A DNA stretch of 51,777 bases from Gammaproteobacteria bacterium (GCA_018224385.1 JAGTVB010000058.1:1-51777); one strand, 5' to 3'; shown: positions 1 to 9,696, counted from the first letter of the stretch. The notes: generated from the sequence alone by a model not told the origin. Translations and numbers: made by a program.

Positions 1-132
1 ATACATCCTTGTAGACTTGAGTCCGGCATCCATGCCGGACACACCCTTGTGGCAAGGCGACTGCCTGCCTACAGATTCTGGGTGTGGTTTTAACCTCTGA
101 AGGGTGACGCTGACGAAACGATGACCATGGCC
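1..132 (+). repeat. Dispersed ~133-nt intergenic repeat, copy 1 (may continue left of the window)
   Basis: Aligns by eye with 43079-43210. Shared 5' block is ATACATCC...TGAGTCCGGCAT..TGCCGGAC.CACCC, with a hairpin at about 21-40. Shared 3' block is GACGCTGAC.AAACGATGAC.ATGGCC. The centre has diverged. It abuts the stop codon of the 133-3492 gene. Confidence 0.7.
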
Positions 133-3100
133 TTAATCCCAATTGAAAGTCATTCGCGCTAGGAGTATCCGACCCGGAACCATGGAAGGTAACCTGGCTA
201 TCGATGACCGAAAGCTATCGTCTTGGAATAAGAATTGTTCGTCCAATAAATTCTTGACCTCCATGCTTAGAATGCCCAATCGTTTTGGCAATCGATAGCC
301 AATGGCCGCATCGAGCAAGAAAAAGTCATCGCTATCCTGTGCAAACATGGAAGCGGGGCTCAAGTCCACGTCTTGATGAACGTACCTCGTGCCGAGCGCA
401 CCGAAAAAACCGTGTCGATTAAAATAGCGCATCACTAGGGGGATGCTCGTCGTTTGAACACGTGTCGGAATATCAACCGGTAACGGGAAAATGGTTTCGG
501 TCGTGGCAATCTTGAATTTGTCCAACTGATACTCAGTGCTCACCGCCCAATTGGCGTGGGGCGCCCAGTAAAGATAGGCGCGCAGCAGCGCTTCGCGCCA
601 GTCTTGAGTCTCGAATTCCGCGATTGGCGGTACAAAGAAAGGCGCTTCTAACTCGCGTCTTGAACCCTCCACGCCAGCGTACAGCGTGCTGCCCAGCCGG
701 GCATCGAGACCAAGACCGTATAGCTCGGTTTTTGTCCCATTGATGTCATCGAAGAATTGATTGAATCCCGCCACTTGCGTCGGCTCAATGGTTTGGTCGG
801 CCACCAGCGCTGGCTTGGCAGTCCTCAGGGCGGCAGCGCGTAAACGCACGTTTTCTGTGAGCTGCCACTGCAGGCCCAATTTGGGACTGACTTGATCGAC
901 TAACTTGTGTTGACGTTCCTCATACCTTTCGTAGCTCAGGCCAAGTGTCCAGGTGGTATTTCTTGGCCAAGTGACGTTGCTGTACAAGTAAACCGTGTCC
1001 TGGTCCTCAGCGAAGCTCGACTTAAACGAGCCGAGCTCTTCGTCGACATCGATGCGATAAAAGCTGGCTCCAGCGACGAGGTTATGCCGCTCGGTACGAA
1101 ACAGGTATTGCCCTTGGACCTGATATCCCTTACCAGCCGACACAAATTCGAATGCTCTGTTGAAAAGGACAACGTCGTTCTTCTCATCGGATTCATTGTG
1201 GATGAACGAAAGAATAATGTCCGAGTGGGCTGCCGGCGAAAAACGAGCGCCTGCACGCAGGGTTGTCTGATCCAGTTTTGTGCGATCCTGATCGAAAAAC
1301 TCATTGGGATCGAAGTTCAAAGAAAGATCGCCGTATTGGGCATTTCGATGGCGAGCTTCTGCCTGTAAATTGAGCTTTGGCGTGGCCTCCACTTGCACAA
1401 ACGCGTCATAGGCGCTCTGTAGGAGATCATTGTTCTCCCGGAAACCATCGGTCTCCACATGAAACGCTCCGAGACTGTAGGACAAACGGTTATACAAACC
1501 GGACAGGACGGCTTCGCCGCCTAGCGTATCTCGGTTTCCCCACACCCCGGAGGCGACCAGTTGCGGGCGGTTGGTTTCGAAGAGACGGGTGAACTCGTTG
1601 AAAGATGCCGTTGCTGGCCCGCCAGCACTCAAGATGTTGAGATCCGTTATGGCCAGCTGGGGCTGGACTGGATTCACGTTGATAGGCTGCAGAAGCTGCG
1701 CCTGAAGCAGCTCACTGTCCCGCGCAATCTCATGCCTTGGCCGGCTGGCGTAGGTGTCGGAGAGGAAGCGGTGAGCCGAGTGGTTAGCGGGATCAGCGGT
1801 GAGCGATTTCGTCGCCTCCACCAGCGCGGCCTGCGGAAAACCCAAATCGTCAAATATCCTCGCCAAGCTTGCGCCGCGAGCCGCCTGGTCCTGGTCCAGC
1901 AAGAGGCGTGAACGGTACACGGCGCGGTTGTCGTTAAGCGCGATGGCGCGCTGCATGTTGTGCAGGGCCTCCACCGGACGGTTCACGGTCTGCTTGTAGA
2001 TGGCGTCGTAGAACCAAGGGGTCGGGTCGCTGGGGTCGAGCGCCTTGGCGTTGGCAAATTCGGTGGCGGCGAGCCCGCCGCGTTTTTGCTCGTAGTAGGC
2101 CTTGCCGAGATAGCTGCGAATGAGGGCATTGGCCGGGTCGAGCAGGGCGGCGGTTTCGATCTCGTGGGTGCCCTGCTTAAGTTGGCCCTGGCGGATGTGC
2201 GTAAGACCCAGGCCAAGGCGCGGCAGGGGAGCGGCGGGATCGAGCGCAATGGCCTGCTCGAAGGCCGCTTTGGCTTGCTCAACGTTGATGGTGTGCAGAG
2301 CAGCAAAGCCGAGCACGGTCTGGGTGCGTTCGAGCTTCGGATCGAGCCGGGCGGCGGACTGGGCCGCCGCAAGCGCCCGATCGAGAGAGCCGCTGGCGAG
2401 CCAAAGCTCGGCCAGCCGAGCCCAAGCGAGGGCATTGTTGGGATCGAGCTGCACCGCCTTTTCGATGTTTTTGCGGGCTTCGTCGATGTGAAAGCGTGCC
2501 TGTTGGGCGTAGGAAAGGGCGATGTGGGCTATGGGTGAGCTTGGATCGCGCCGAACGGCCGTTTGGGCCGCTTCGAGCGCCTGGGCGGTGTCATTTTGCG
2601 CCACCGCGATGACGGCCTGTAGCGCGATGGCGGTGGCGTTATCTGGATCCTCGGCCAGCGCTTGGTGAAGGGCAGGGCGCGCCTCATCGAGCCGCCCGAT
2701 GCTGAGCAGAAGCCCGGCGCGAAGGGTGTAGTAACGGGCATCGCGCGCGCTCGAAGGTACCCCCTCGAGGGCATCAAACGCCGCGGGTAAATCGCCGGCG
2801 CGGTAGCTTGCGAGCGCCGCGCGCCGCGCTCCTGCGCCGGGTCCGCTGGCCCAGGCGCTTTCCCGGTAATCGATGAGCGGCGGGTAATAGAGCGCCCACT
2901 GCACCGCATCGCGGGGTTTCACCACGATGATCCGCCGCGGTGGCTTGCCCGCTTCGGCCACGGCCGCTTCACCGCTTGTGAGCCGCAGGCGCCCGGCGGC
3001 ATTGCTGGCCAGCACCTGGCCTTCCAGCACGAAGACGCGCGCTTCTCTCGCCACTACCCGTACCACGAACTCGGTGCCTTCAATGCCGGCATTGACGAAG

Positions 3101-3492
3101 GGGGTGCGGATGTTGAGCCGCTGGGGCACGCGACTCAAGAAATGCGCGGCACCGCGCAGCAGCTCCACCCAGGAAGGCGCGTCGCGTTTGACCTGCGAAA
3201 AGGTCGCGGTGGTGTCCTGGTCGAGGCGCAGGATGGTGTCATTGACGAGCCGCACCGCAGCGCGGCTTCGGGCTTCGATGCGGATCCGATCCCCCGGGCA
3301 GAGCCTTTCGCGCAGGGTGGCGGCAACCCACCGCGGGCTGCCGCCGCGGCTGATGATCACCTCGCCCTGCACCGAGACCACCTGCCCGGCAGCAGGCTCA
3401 CAAGGCGCACCGGCAAACGCCGAACCCAACCATCCCCAACCTAGAAGCGCAAGCCAAAACGACCACGGATGTGTTTGTATGGTCAGTCGCAT
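133..3492 (-). CDS. Secreted FecR-domain / TPR-repeat protein with a C-terminal outer-membrane beta-barrel-like region
   Basis: Long ORF (track 133-3504); I prefer the ATG at 3492, which follows a G-rich RBS. It has a signal peptide (MRLTIQTHPWSFWLALLGWGWLGSAFA) and a FecR-like segment (VVSVQGEV...GDRIRIEARSRAAVRL...DTILRLDQDT). Many TPR-like repeats span roughly aa 230-600. The last ~480 aa show alternating amphipathic strands typical of OM barrels. Confidence 0.75.
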   Translation of the reverse strand: MRLTIQTHPWSFWLALLGWGWLGSAFAGAPCEPAAGQVVSVQGEVIISRGGSPRWVAATLRERLCPGDRIRIEARSRAAVRLVNDTILRLDQDTTATFSQVKRDAPSWVELLRGAAHFLSRVPQRLNIRTPFVNAGIEGTEFVVRVVAREARVFVLEGQVLASNAAGRLRLTSGEAAVAEAGKPPRRIIVVKPRDAVQWALYYPPLIDYRESAWASGPGAGARRAALASYRAGDLPAAFDALEGVPSSARDARYYTLRAGLLLSIGRLDEARPALHQALAEDPDNATAIALQAVIAVAQNDTAQALEAAQTAVRRDPSSPIAHIALSYAQQARFHIDEARKNIEKAVQLDPNNALAWARLAELWLASGSLDRALAAAQSAARLDPKLERTQTVLGFAALHTINVEQAKAAFEQAIALDPAAPLPRLGLGLTHIRQGQLKQGTHEIETAALLDPANALIRSYLGKAYYEQKRGGLAATEFANAKALDPSDPTPWFYDAIYKQTVNRPVEALHNMQRAIALNDNRAVYRSRLLLDQDQAARGASLARIFDDLGFPQAALVEATKSLTADPANHSAHRFLSDTYASRPRHEIARDSELLQAQLLQPINVNPVQPQLAITDLNILSAGGPATASFNEFTRLFETNRPQLVASGVWGNRDTLGGEAVLSGLYNRLSYSLGAFHVETDGFRENNDLLQSAYDAFVQVEATPKLNLQAEARHRNAQYGDLSLNFDPNEFFDQDRTKLDQTTLRAGARFSPAAHSDIILSFIHNESDEKNDVVLFNRAFEFVSAGKGYQVQGQYLFRTERHNLVAGASFYRIDVDEELGSFKSSFAEDQDTVYLYSNVTWPRNTTWTLGLSYERYEERQHKLVDQVSPKLGLQWQLTENVRLRAAALRTAKPALVADQTIEPTQVAGFNQFFDDINGTKTELYGLGLDARLGSTLYAGVEGSRRELEAPFFVPPIAEFETQDWREALLRAYLYWAPHANWAVSTEYQLDKFKIATTETIFPLPVDIPTRVQTTSIPLVMRYFNRHGFFGALGTRYVHQDVDLSPASMFAQDSDDFFLLDAAIGYRLPKRLGILSMEVKNLLDEQFLFQDDSFRSSIARLPSMVPGRILLARMTFNWD

Positions 3493-3805
3493 TCCCCCCC
3501 CCAAGCGAGCGATTGCCCTACCTCCATCCGGGGCTCTATGGGTCGCTGCGCGCGTCGCTAGGCGAACAGCAGCATGGGTGCGGGAATGGAGGGGTAATTA
3601 TTCTTGATATATTTTTTGTATGTTGCTCACTATCGGCGAGCGTCCGCCCCAATTCTTTGCACCGAGACGCGATACGCCGCGGACTTTGACGAGTAAGCTT
3701 AAGTTATTGTCCGTGTTTATATTATCAATATCGGGGGCGATCAACTAGGGCGTCATTTGCAGCCCTCGATCACCTTTGCGATTACACCCACTGCACCTGC
3801 TCGCT

Positions 3806-6103
3806 TCACGATCTCGGTGCTCTCTGCGTGCCAAGCTTCATCCGCGGATTCTGCTCACGAGTCTTGATGATGCCGTCCCAGCCGAGCTGAGACGGGTCGT
3901 GTTGGAGGCGCTGACACAACCCCATATAGAAATGGCTTGGGCCGTCGTGGGGATGCCGGGCTAGCAACTGCCGCAGCATTTTTTGCGCCTCCGCAAACCG
4001 TTGGGCGCGAAAGGCTTCCATAGCCACAGTGAATTGTTGATAAAGTCGCTCCGTTTCCAGGTCAATATCATTTGTCAAGCCCAACAGCTCGTAAACGAGA
4101 AGGGTACGGCGCTTGCCAGCGAGCTGAAAACTGCCGAGCGCCCGCGATATTACGCCGTCCAGCCCCCTGACAACCTCCGCCGAGGCGAGGATGCGGGTGC
4201 CGAGGACCTTGTTGAGCTGCTCCAAGCGGTGGGCGGTATTGACGACGTCCCCCACCGCCCGGTATTCGAAGTGCTCTCCCGCCCCAACATTGCCGAGGAC
4301 CATGACTCCGGCATGGAGCCCAAAGCGTGTGGGCAGCGCAGCCTGCCCGGGCTGTAATCGGTAGCGGTTGATCTCCTGGAGTATGTCGAGAGCGGCGCGG
4401 CAGGCTCCTTGACGCAGCTTTTTTTCCGGTAGGGTGCCGGCCCAGATAGCCAGCATGGCATCGCCTACCACATCCGAGATGAAACCACCGTGGCGGCTCA
4501 CCGGATCGAACAGCTCTTGATAATAGCGATTCAGGAAGCGGCGAAGTTGGTCTGGGGATAAGGTCTCCGATAGCCTGCTGTACTGCTCGGCATCGGTTGC
4601 CAGGCAGGCCCCGTACACAAAGCGTCTGCAATTGGTCAGTGCGGCACGATCGCGTATCAGCGTTCCGACCATGCCTTGCGGTACGTAATGGCCAAAGGTG
4701 ACGTGCGCTTGCTGATGCTGACGCTGCGCGTGCGCATGACGCCAAAGCAGTGCCCCCAGCAGTGCCAGCGGCAGCTGCAATAGGAAAGGAACGGCGAGGG
4801 GCAACCAGGTTCCGTCCAGCAGAAATGCCCTATGGGCGCTGGTGACATAGCCCAGTATGATGCCGGCGGCGGCGAACGGTATGAAGACCGGGGGGAGCGC
4901 CAGCAACAGGGCGCCGGTCACGATCCCGAAGCCCCCGATTAGCGCAACATAGGTCCATCCCCGCACGAGCTGAACGCGGCGGCCTTCGAGAATATTGGCG
5001 AAGGCGGTCGCAGCGATTTCCACGCCGCTGAGGTCGACGCCATCCGGACGCGAGAAGACTGTGTAAAAACCATCCCTTTGCTCGGCCTGCAATTGTTCGG
5101 CGAACCCGACGAACACCACCTTACCCGAGAAGCTCATCGGAGCAACGCCATGCTTTCCCGATAAAGTAGGGTCGAGCAGGTGATGATAAGGAACGGTCAG
5201 GATGCTCTGCGCAGGACCATAGAAATCGAGATAGTGCCCGTCTTCGCCAACATAGAGCGCCAACAGCGAGGAAAGCACTCGGCGGGCAGCCGGTGTAGCA
5301 ACATGGCGCCGATCCTCGAGCCGCTCGAACAGCCGTTGCGCGAACCCGGGATGGGTGCGCAACAGGTGGCGCAAGCGGCGCGCAACATCAGCCGGATCCC
5401 TACTTGCGCTGAGCTCGGCGATGGCCTGGGGCGGCGGGGTGTCGGGATCGGCTCCTGCTGCGTGCATCAAGCGGAGCAAATGAGCATGGAACCCCAGCGC
5501 ATAGGCTTGGAAGGCAACCGCCGGTAGCGTCGGTATATCGCCGGCACTGCCTTTGAAAAACCAACATCCGTCCACCCTCACGGGAACCTTGGGCAACGGA
5601 AAGGGGGCGATACCCCATGCAGCGCGGGCAATTTCCGGCAACAGAGGCTGCTGTTGCTCAATTTGAATCTCCAAGCCAAATTGTCCACCGGGTCCCTTGA
5701 CATGCTCAAGGTCCCTGCGCAGGAACTGAAAGAGAACGACATTTTCCGCTTCTTGCAGTGCCCGCGCGAGTAGCCGGTCCTGTTCTGGGTGCTGCGGTTT
5801 TTCGAACGCAATGTCCAACGCGATGACGCGTGCCCCCCGGGCGCTCAGCTGTTGCACTGCCCGCGCATGCAGGGCTCGGGGCCACAGGGCCGGTTCATCG
5901 CGCAGGCGAAAGTGATCCGCCGATTCTCGCCCGATGGTGACTATGACGACCTCCGGTGGCGCAGGGCGTGGGCCGCGGAGCCAAAACAGAAGCTTGAGTC
6001 CGAGGTGGGCTTCAACGTCGAGCACCAATGGCCACGAGCTTGCGATGATCCCCAGGATCCCGACCGCGGCTCCGAAAAGCAACGCCTTTGCTGCAGTGGG
6101 CAT
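3806..6103 (-). CDS. CHASE2-sensor class III adenylate/guanylate cyclase
   Basis: N-terminal TM helix followed by a CHASE2-like extracytoplasmic region (VVIVTIGRESADHF...VIALDIAFEKP). A cluster of TM helices sits at about aa 385-460. The cyclase catalytic domain shows SDVVGDAMLAIWAG, FGLHAGVMVLGNVG and YRAVGDVVNTAHRLEQLNK. The tail is TPR-like. Confidence 0.85.
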   Translation of the reverse strand: MPTAAKALLFGAAVGILGIIASSWPLVLDVEAHLGLKLLFWLRGPRPAPPEVVIVTIGRESADHFRLRDEPALWPRALHARAVQQLSARGARVIALDIAFEKPQHPEQDRLLARALQEAENVVLFQFLRRDLEHVKGPGGQFGLEIQIEQQQPLLPEIARAAWGIAPFPLPKVPVRVDGCWFFKGSAGDIPTLPAVAFQAYALGFHAHLLRLMHAAGADPDTPPPQAIAELSASRDPADVARRLRHLLRTHPGFAQRLFERLEDRRHVATPAARRVLSSLLALYVGEDGHYLDFYGPAQSILTVPYHHLLDPTLSGKHGVAPMSFSGKVVFVGFAEQLQAEQRDGFYTVFSRPDGVDLSGVEIAATAFANILEGRRVQLVRGWTYVALIGGFGIVTGALLLALPPVFIPFAAAGIILGYVTSAHRAFLLDGTWLPLAVPFLLQLPLALLGALLWRHAHAQRQHQQAHVTFGHYVPQGMVGTLIRDRAALTNCRRFVYGACLATDAEQYSRLSETLSPDQLRRFLNRYYQELFDPVSRHGGFISDVVGDAMLAIWAGTLPEKKLRQGACRAALDILQEINRYRLQPGQAALPTRFGLHAGVMVLGNVGAGEHFEYRAVGDVVNTAHRLEQLNKVLGTRILASAEVVRGLDGVISRALGSFQLAGKRRTLLVYELLGLTNDIDLETERLYQQFTVAMEAFRAQRFAEAQKMLRQLLARHPHDGPSHFYMGLCQRLQHDPSQLGWDGIIKTREQNPRMKLGTQRAPRS

Positions 6104-6515
6104 GCCTGGCCTCCGTTACCCGCGAACGTACTCACCACGATGACGTCAGGACTTCGAAATCAGCGCCGCCTTTAAGACAGGATCGCCGAATGCCGCGGCA
6201 TGTCAATAGCTCTGTTGCGTGGTACTTCATTTGGCTGATCTCGCCGCGGCGCGGCCAGTGGCTTACCGGCCGGATACGCCGTGCCGGGCTGTGCGGCGAG
6301 CAGGTGCAAGGGTAATTCAGTGAACTCAGCCGTCTGCAAAATCACCTTGAAATGGAGGCAACCCTTCCCGCAGAATTCTGCAGGGGCTCATGAAAGGGGG
6401 CGCTCGCCTTACATGTCGTCTTGAGTTTGAAACCGCTTGTTAGCGCCAGCCACTCAACAGTAACAGCGTTCCTGATCCTCAGGATCCGGTAGCCGCAATT
6501 CCCTTGGAGGTTCCG

Positions 6516-7160
6516 ATGTCTCTCGATAGCCCGTTATTTCCCGAGCTCACGCCGGAAAGCCTTAAGCACATCGCCGAGCACGGCACGGTGCGCACCTATC
6601 CCAAAAACGTGGTGTTGATCCACGAAGGCGATCAAACCGATTCCTTTTACGTGATTTTAAAGGGGAAGGTGAAGGTCTACGCGAGCGACGAGGACGGTAA
6701 GGAGATTATTCTCAATATTCAGGGTGCGGGGGAGTATTTCGGCGAGCTCGCGCTCATCGATGCCGCTCCGCGCTCGGCGTCGGTGATGACGATGGAGCCC
6801 TGCAAGCTCGCCGTGGTGTCGCGAGCCGATTTCGAAGGCTTCTTGACCCAGAATCCACGATTCGCAATCGAGCTCATTCGCTCACTGGTGCAACGGGTTC
6901 GCTCCCTTACCGAGAGCGTGAAAAGCTTGGCGTTGCTGGATGTCTATGGACGGGTTGCGCGCACTTTGTTGGATCTCGCCACCGAGGAGGAAGGAGAGTT
7001 GGCGGTCCGGCAACGGTTGACCCATCAGGATATCGCGAACATGGTGGGCGCGTCTCGGGAGATGGTCAGCCGCATCATGAAGGATTTGATCAACGGAGGC
7101 TACATTCGCATCGACGATCGGCGCATCAGCATTCGCAACAAACTTCCGCCAGGCTGGTGA
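6516..7160 (+). CDS. Crp/Fnr-family cyclic-nucleotide-binding transcriptional regulator
   Basis: cNMP-binding barrel (FYVILKGKVKVY...GEYFGELALIDAAPRSASV, with the Glu and Arg-Ser ligand residues retained) plus a C-terminal HTH (THQDIANMVGASREMVSRIMKDL). GGAGG lies 5 nt upstream of the ATG at 6516; the track ORF opens at TTG 6504. Confidence 0.9.
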   Translation: MSLDSPLFPELTPESLKHIAEHGTVRTYPKNVVLIHEGDQTDSFYVILKGKVKVYASDEDGKEIILNIQGAGEYFGELALIDAAPRSASVMTMEPCKLAVVSRADFEGFLTQNPRFAIELIRSLVQRVRSLTESVKSLALLDVYGRVARTLLDLATEEEGELAVRQRLTHQDIANMVGASREMVSRIMKDLINGGYIRIDDRRISIRNKLPPGW

Positions 7161-7379
7161 AACCAACGGCGTGAGTGGTACGGGGTTGCCGCGTCCGGCA
7201 AGGGCAAGGACTCTCGGTGACCCTAGAAAAAGCGAGGAGCAGCTGCTGGACGCGCCCCTCGTGCCGACGTGATGCCCAGGCCGAGGGTTCTAGGGTTCAC
7301 CGACAAAGACCACAACTGGAGCGAGTCAAGCGACGTTGGTTTCCTTAGAAACAGTTTTTTGGACAGCTTCTTAAGGCCG

Positions 7380-7916
7380 TCACTTTTTGATGTGATCCCA
7401 GAGCTGATCGAGCCACACGACGTCATCGGCGTACATTTGCAGGTTGCTCGAGATGCTTCCTTCGAAACCGCTCAGCCAGAACTCTTTGTGCAGCTCGTCT
7501 TTAACGTAGGCGATAGCCTCCTCCAAGGCACCGTCGCGTGCCGATAGAACCAAGCGGTCGTAATGCCATTGCGCAGCGAGCTTGACGATCAGCGTCGCAA
7601 TGCCTACCTGAACGCTCTCTGCAGAATTCGCCACGAGCTGCTGCGGCCCGCAGGACGGACAGGTTGCCGGGGTCGAGCCGAGCTCATAGAGCTTCACCCG
7701 CATTTTAGGTCCCTGAGGGGCGGCGGTTTTCAGCCAGGTATGGAAGCTATCTTGAATATCGGCGGCGGGATTACGCGTTGCATTCACGTAAAAGCTCTCG
7801 GCAAAGTGCGCTCCCACTTTATCTTGAAGTGTTTCCTTGAGCTTGAAATAGTCAATCTGACCATCGGAATAACTTTGCAGGTAAGCGGCGTCAACGATCC
7901 AAATCGTAGGGCTCAT
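7380..7916 (-). CDS. NYN (LabA/DUF88-like, PIN-fold) domain protein
   Basis: N-terminal IWIVDAAYL and C-terminal LVLSARDGALEEAI...WLSGFEGSIS...ADDVVWLD match the NYN-domain pattern. There is a CPSCG insert. Confidence 0.65.
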   Translation of the reverse strand: MSPTIWIVDAAYLQSYSDGQIDYFKLKETLQDKVGAHFAESFYVNATRNPAADIQDSFHTWLKTAAPQGPKMRVKLYELGSTPATCPSCGPQQLVANSAESVQVGIATLIVKLAAQWHYDRLVLSARDGALEEAIAYVKDELHKEFWLSGFEGSISSNLQMYADDVVWLDQLWDHIKK

Positions 7917-8081
7917 GGTTTATCCTCCTCTCTCTTCACTTAGACACGTTACATCGAACTCATGACCGCGCATCGGCGCTCCCCCTGTGGCCGAGGCTCG
8001 CGAACTTGCAGCAATTCGCGCCCTTGCGCCCCGGGGCAGGCAGGTAGCGCGGGTTGTGTGTTCCATCAATTCCCATCGGCA

Positions 8082-8528
8082 TTAGCGATCGACCTTGCAC
8101 GGTGCGCTGAACTCGAATATCCAAGGGCTGTCGCGTTGTGAGCCACAGGTTGACGTATGGGTGTCGGCCTCCCATTCTGCATTGCGCAAGGCGCAGTGCA
8201 GTCGGTACTCACCGTCGGCCGTGCGTTCTACCGTGCAATGGCTTGCAGCGGGTTGTTCCGATTCCAAGCGGTTGTTTTGAAAGTGCCGAATGAACAGGAT
8301 CGGTACCTCAGCGCAAACCGCGCGTAGGGTTCGAGCGAGCGCCAAGTTGTCCCGCTGACCGCAGGTGCTTTCCAGCAGAATTCCCGCGCACCGTTCCCGG
8401 GATAAGCGCAAGATATCTATGGCCTCTGATTCGGTGCGGCAGTAGCGCACCCCAGTGCCTGCAAGCTCTGCGAGCTCTCCGTAGAACGATGGCTTGGTCT
8501 GGGAATTTCCAATGACGACGATATTCAT
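8082..8528 (-). CDS. Hypothetical 148-aa protein: receiver-like N-terminal half lacking acidic phospho-acceptor residues, Cys-rich C-terminal half
   Basis: Its start codon overlaps the luxI-like stop as ATGA (8525-8528), so it is co-translated with the AHL synthase. The beta-alpha pattern MNIVVIGNS...AGILLES...VPILFIR resembles a CheY-like fold, but the conserved Asp positions are not evident. It contains eight cysteines. Confidence 0.5.
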   Translation of the reverse strand: MNIVVIGNSQTKPSFYGELAELAGTGVRYCRTESEAIDILRLSRERCAGILLESTCGQRDNLALARTLRAVCAEVPILFIRHFQNNRLESEQPAASHCTVERTADGEYRLHCALRNAEWEADTHTSTCGSQRDSPWIFEFSAPCKVDR

Positions 8529-9151
8529 GCCACTTCTCCGTATGCCTGGTTGAGTTCCGCTTCGCCAAATACGGTGCTCCGGCAGTGATCGTCGACGTCG
8601 ATCCAGCAGGCAACCGATAGCACATGACCAATGCGCTGCGCCTTACCGTCGCCGAAGCGATGAATGTTCAGTCCAATGCGCTTTAGCAGACGCTCCACAG
8701 CAACGCTGGTGACGAAGACATAACGACGAATGCCGTGCTCGTCGGCAAACTGCACCGCTTTTTGGAGCATCTCGAAAGTTGCTGCCCCTAGGTTCGCCTG
8801 GCGGGCATCCTGCGACGAGGTCGGCGCCATCGCGAAGCGGCTGATCTCCCAGGTGTCTGCACTCGAAGGCGCCGCTTCTCCCTGCAACAGCTGCGCAAAG
8901 GTGTTCTTGAGCATGTAGGGTCCCAGGGTGGGTAGCAAACGCCAACACCCCCGTATCTGACGGGAATTATTCCTCACGACCATGTAGACCGGATGCAGGT
9001 CATCAAAGCTGTCCTGCTCCCAGCCGTTTCGCGTCTTGAGATTCCAGCCGAGGCGTTTGTTGAAGACTTGGTCCCGAAGCCGGAACATGCCTGCCAGAGT
9101 GGGTTTGGAGATATGTGGGTCGGTAGGTTTTCCGACCAGGACTGTGTTCAT
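8525..9151 (-). CDS. luxI: Acyl-homoserine-lactone synthase (LuxI family)
   Basis: LuxI-family signature blocks are present: FRLRDQVF..RLGW, EQDSFDD, RLLPT, WEISRFA, FVTS. A GGGGAG RBS precedes the ATG. A lux box lies about 65 nt upstream of the start. Confidence 0.9.
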   Translation of the reverse strand: MNTVLVGKPTDPHISKPTLAGMFRLRDQVFNKRLGWNLKTRNGWEQDSFDDLHPVYMVVRNNSRQIRGCWRLLPTLGPYMLKNTFAQLLQGEAAPSSADTWEISRFAMAPTSSQDARQANLGAATFEMLQKAVQFADEHGIRRYVFVTSVAVERLLKRIGLNIHRFGDGKAQRIGHVLSVACWIDVDDHCRSTVFGEAELNQAYGEVA

Positions 9152-9215
9152 CGCTGCTCCCCGGGCTGTAGGCTAAACGCTGTGGGGTAGTAGACGCTGA
9201 ACGCCAAAATCACAT

Positions 9216-9235
9216 AACTGTCAGATCTTACAGGT
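9216..9235 (-). promoter_or_regulatory. lux-box-like 20-bp imperfect palindrome upstream of luxI
   Basis: The minus strand reads ACCTGTAAGATCTGACAGTT, against the classical lux box ACCTGTAGGATCGTACAGGT. It has CTG-N10-CAG dyad symmetry with 8 of 10 half-site positions paired. It ends 65 nt upstream of the luxI ATG. Confidence 0.75.
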
Positions 9236-9696
9236 AAGGATAACGTGCTGAATTATCTAGAAGATAATGGTCGATCATGAGGTACGTCCGTGTTTTTACT
9301 GAGTTAAACCATAAATCCCTATGATTTATCTGATTTATTCTTGTAGTTGGTGCAACAAGAGCGGGTTCCAACACTCTGCGGGGAAGGCAGGAGCGCCGCC
9401 TGGATGGGACCGCAAGCAGCGGATTCGGAGCGGCGTCTCGGAGGAAACTGGGGGTGGGTCGTGCGCACGCCAACGCCGCCTAGACGCTGTTTACAAGACG
9501 GCTGCTCGTCATCGCGGCATGGCGCGGCGGCGCGCGCTTCGCCTGTACGCCCCGGTACACGGCTGTTGTTACTTACCTCCATCCCTAAGGCATATCATTC
9601 GCGGCCAGCTGAGCGCTGTCCGAAATCGTTCCCAACGATTTGCTCACCACCCTGCCGAGGCGCTTGGGCCGCTCGCTATGTTGTATTCACCCGCTC

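Noticed and set aside
7161-7379. Possible terminator or long-range inverted repeat (CCCTAGAA...TTCTAGGG; GTTTC-CTTA-GAAAC followed by T-run) between the convergent Crp-like and NYN genes
   Set aside because: The stems are short or distant, and the T-tract hairpin has only 5 bp. This is too weak to call a terminator with confidence.
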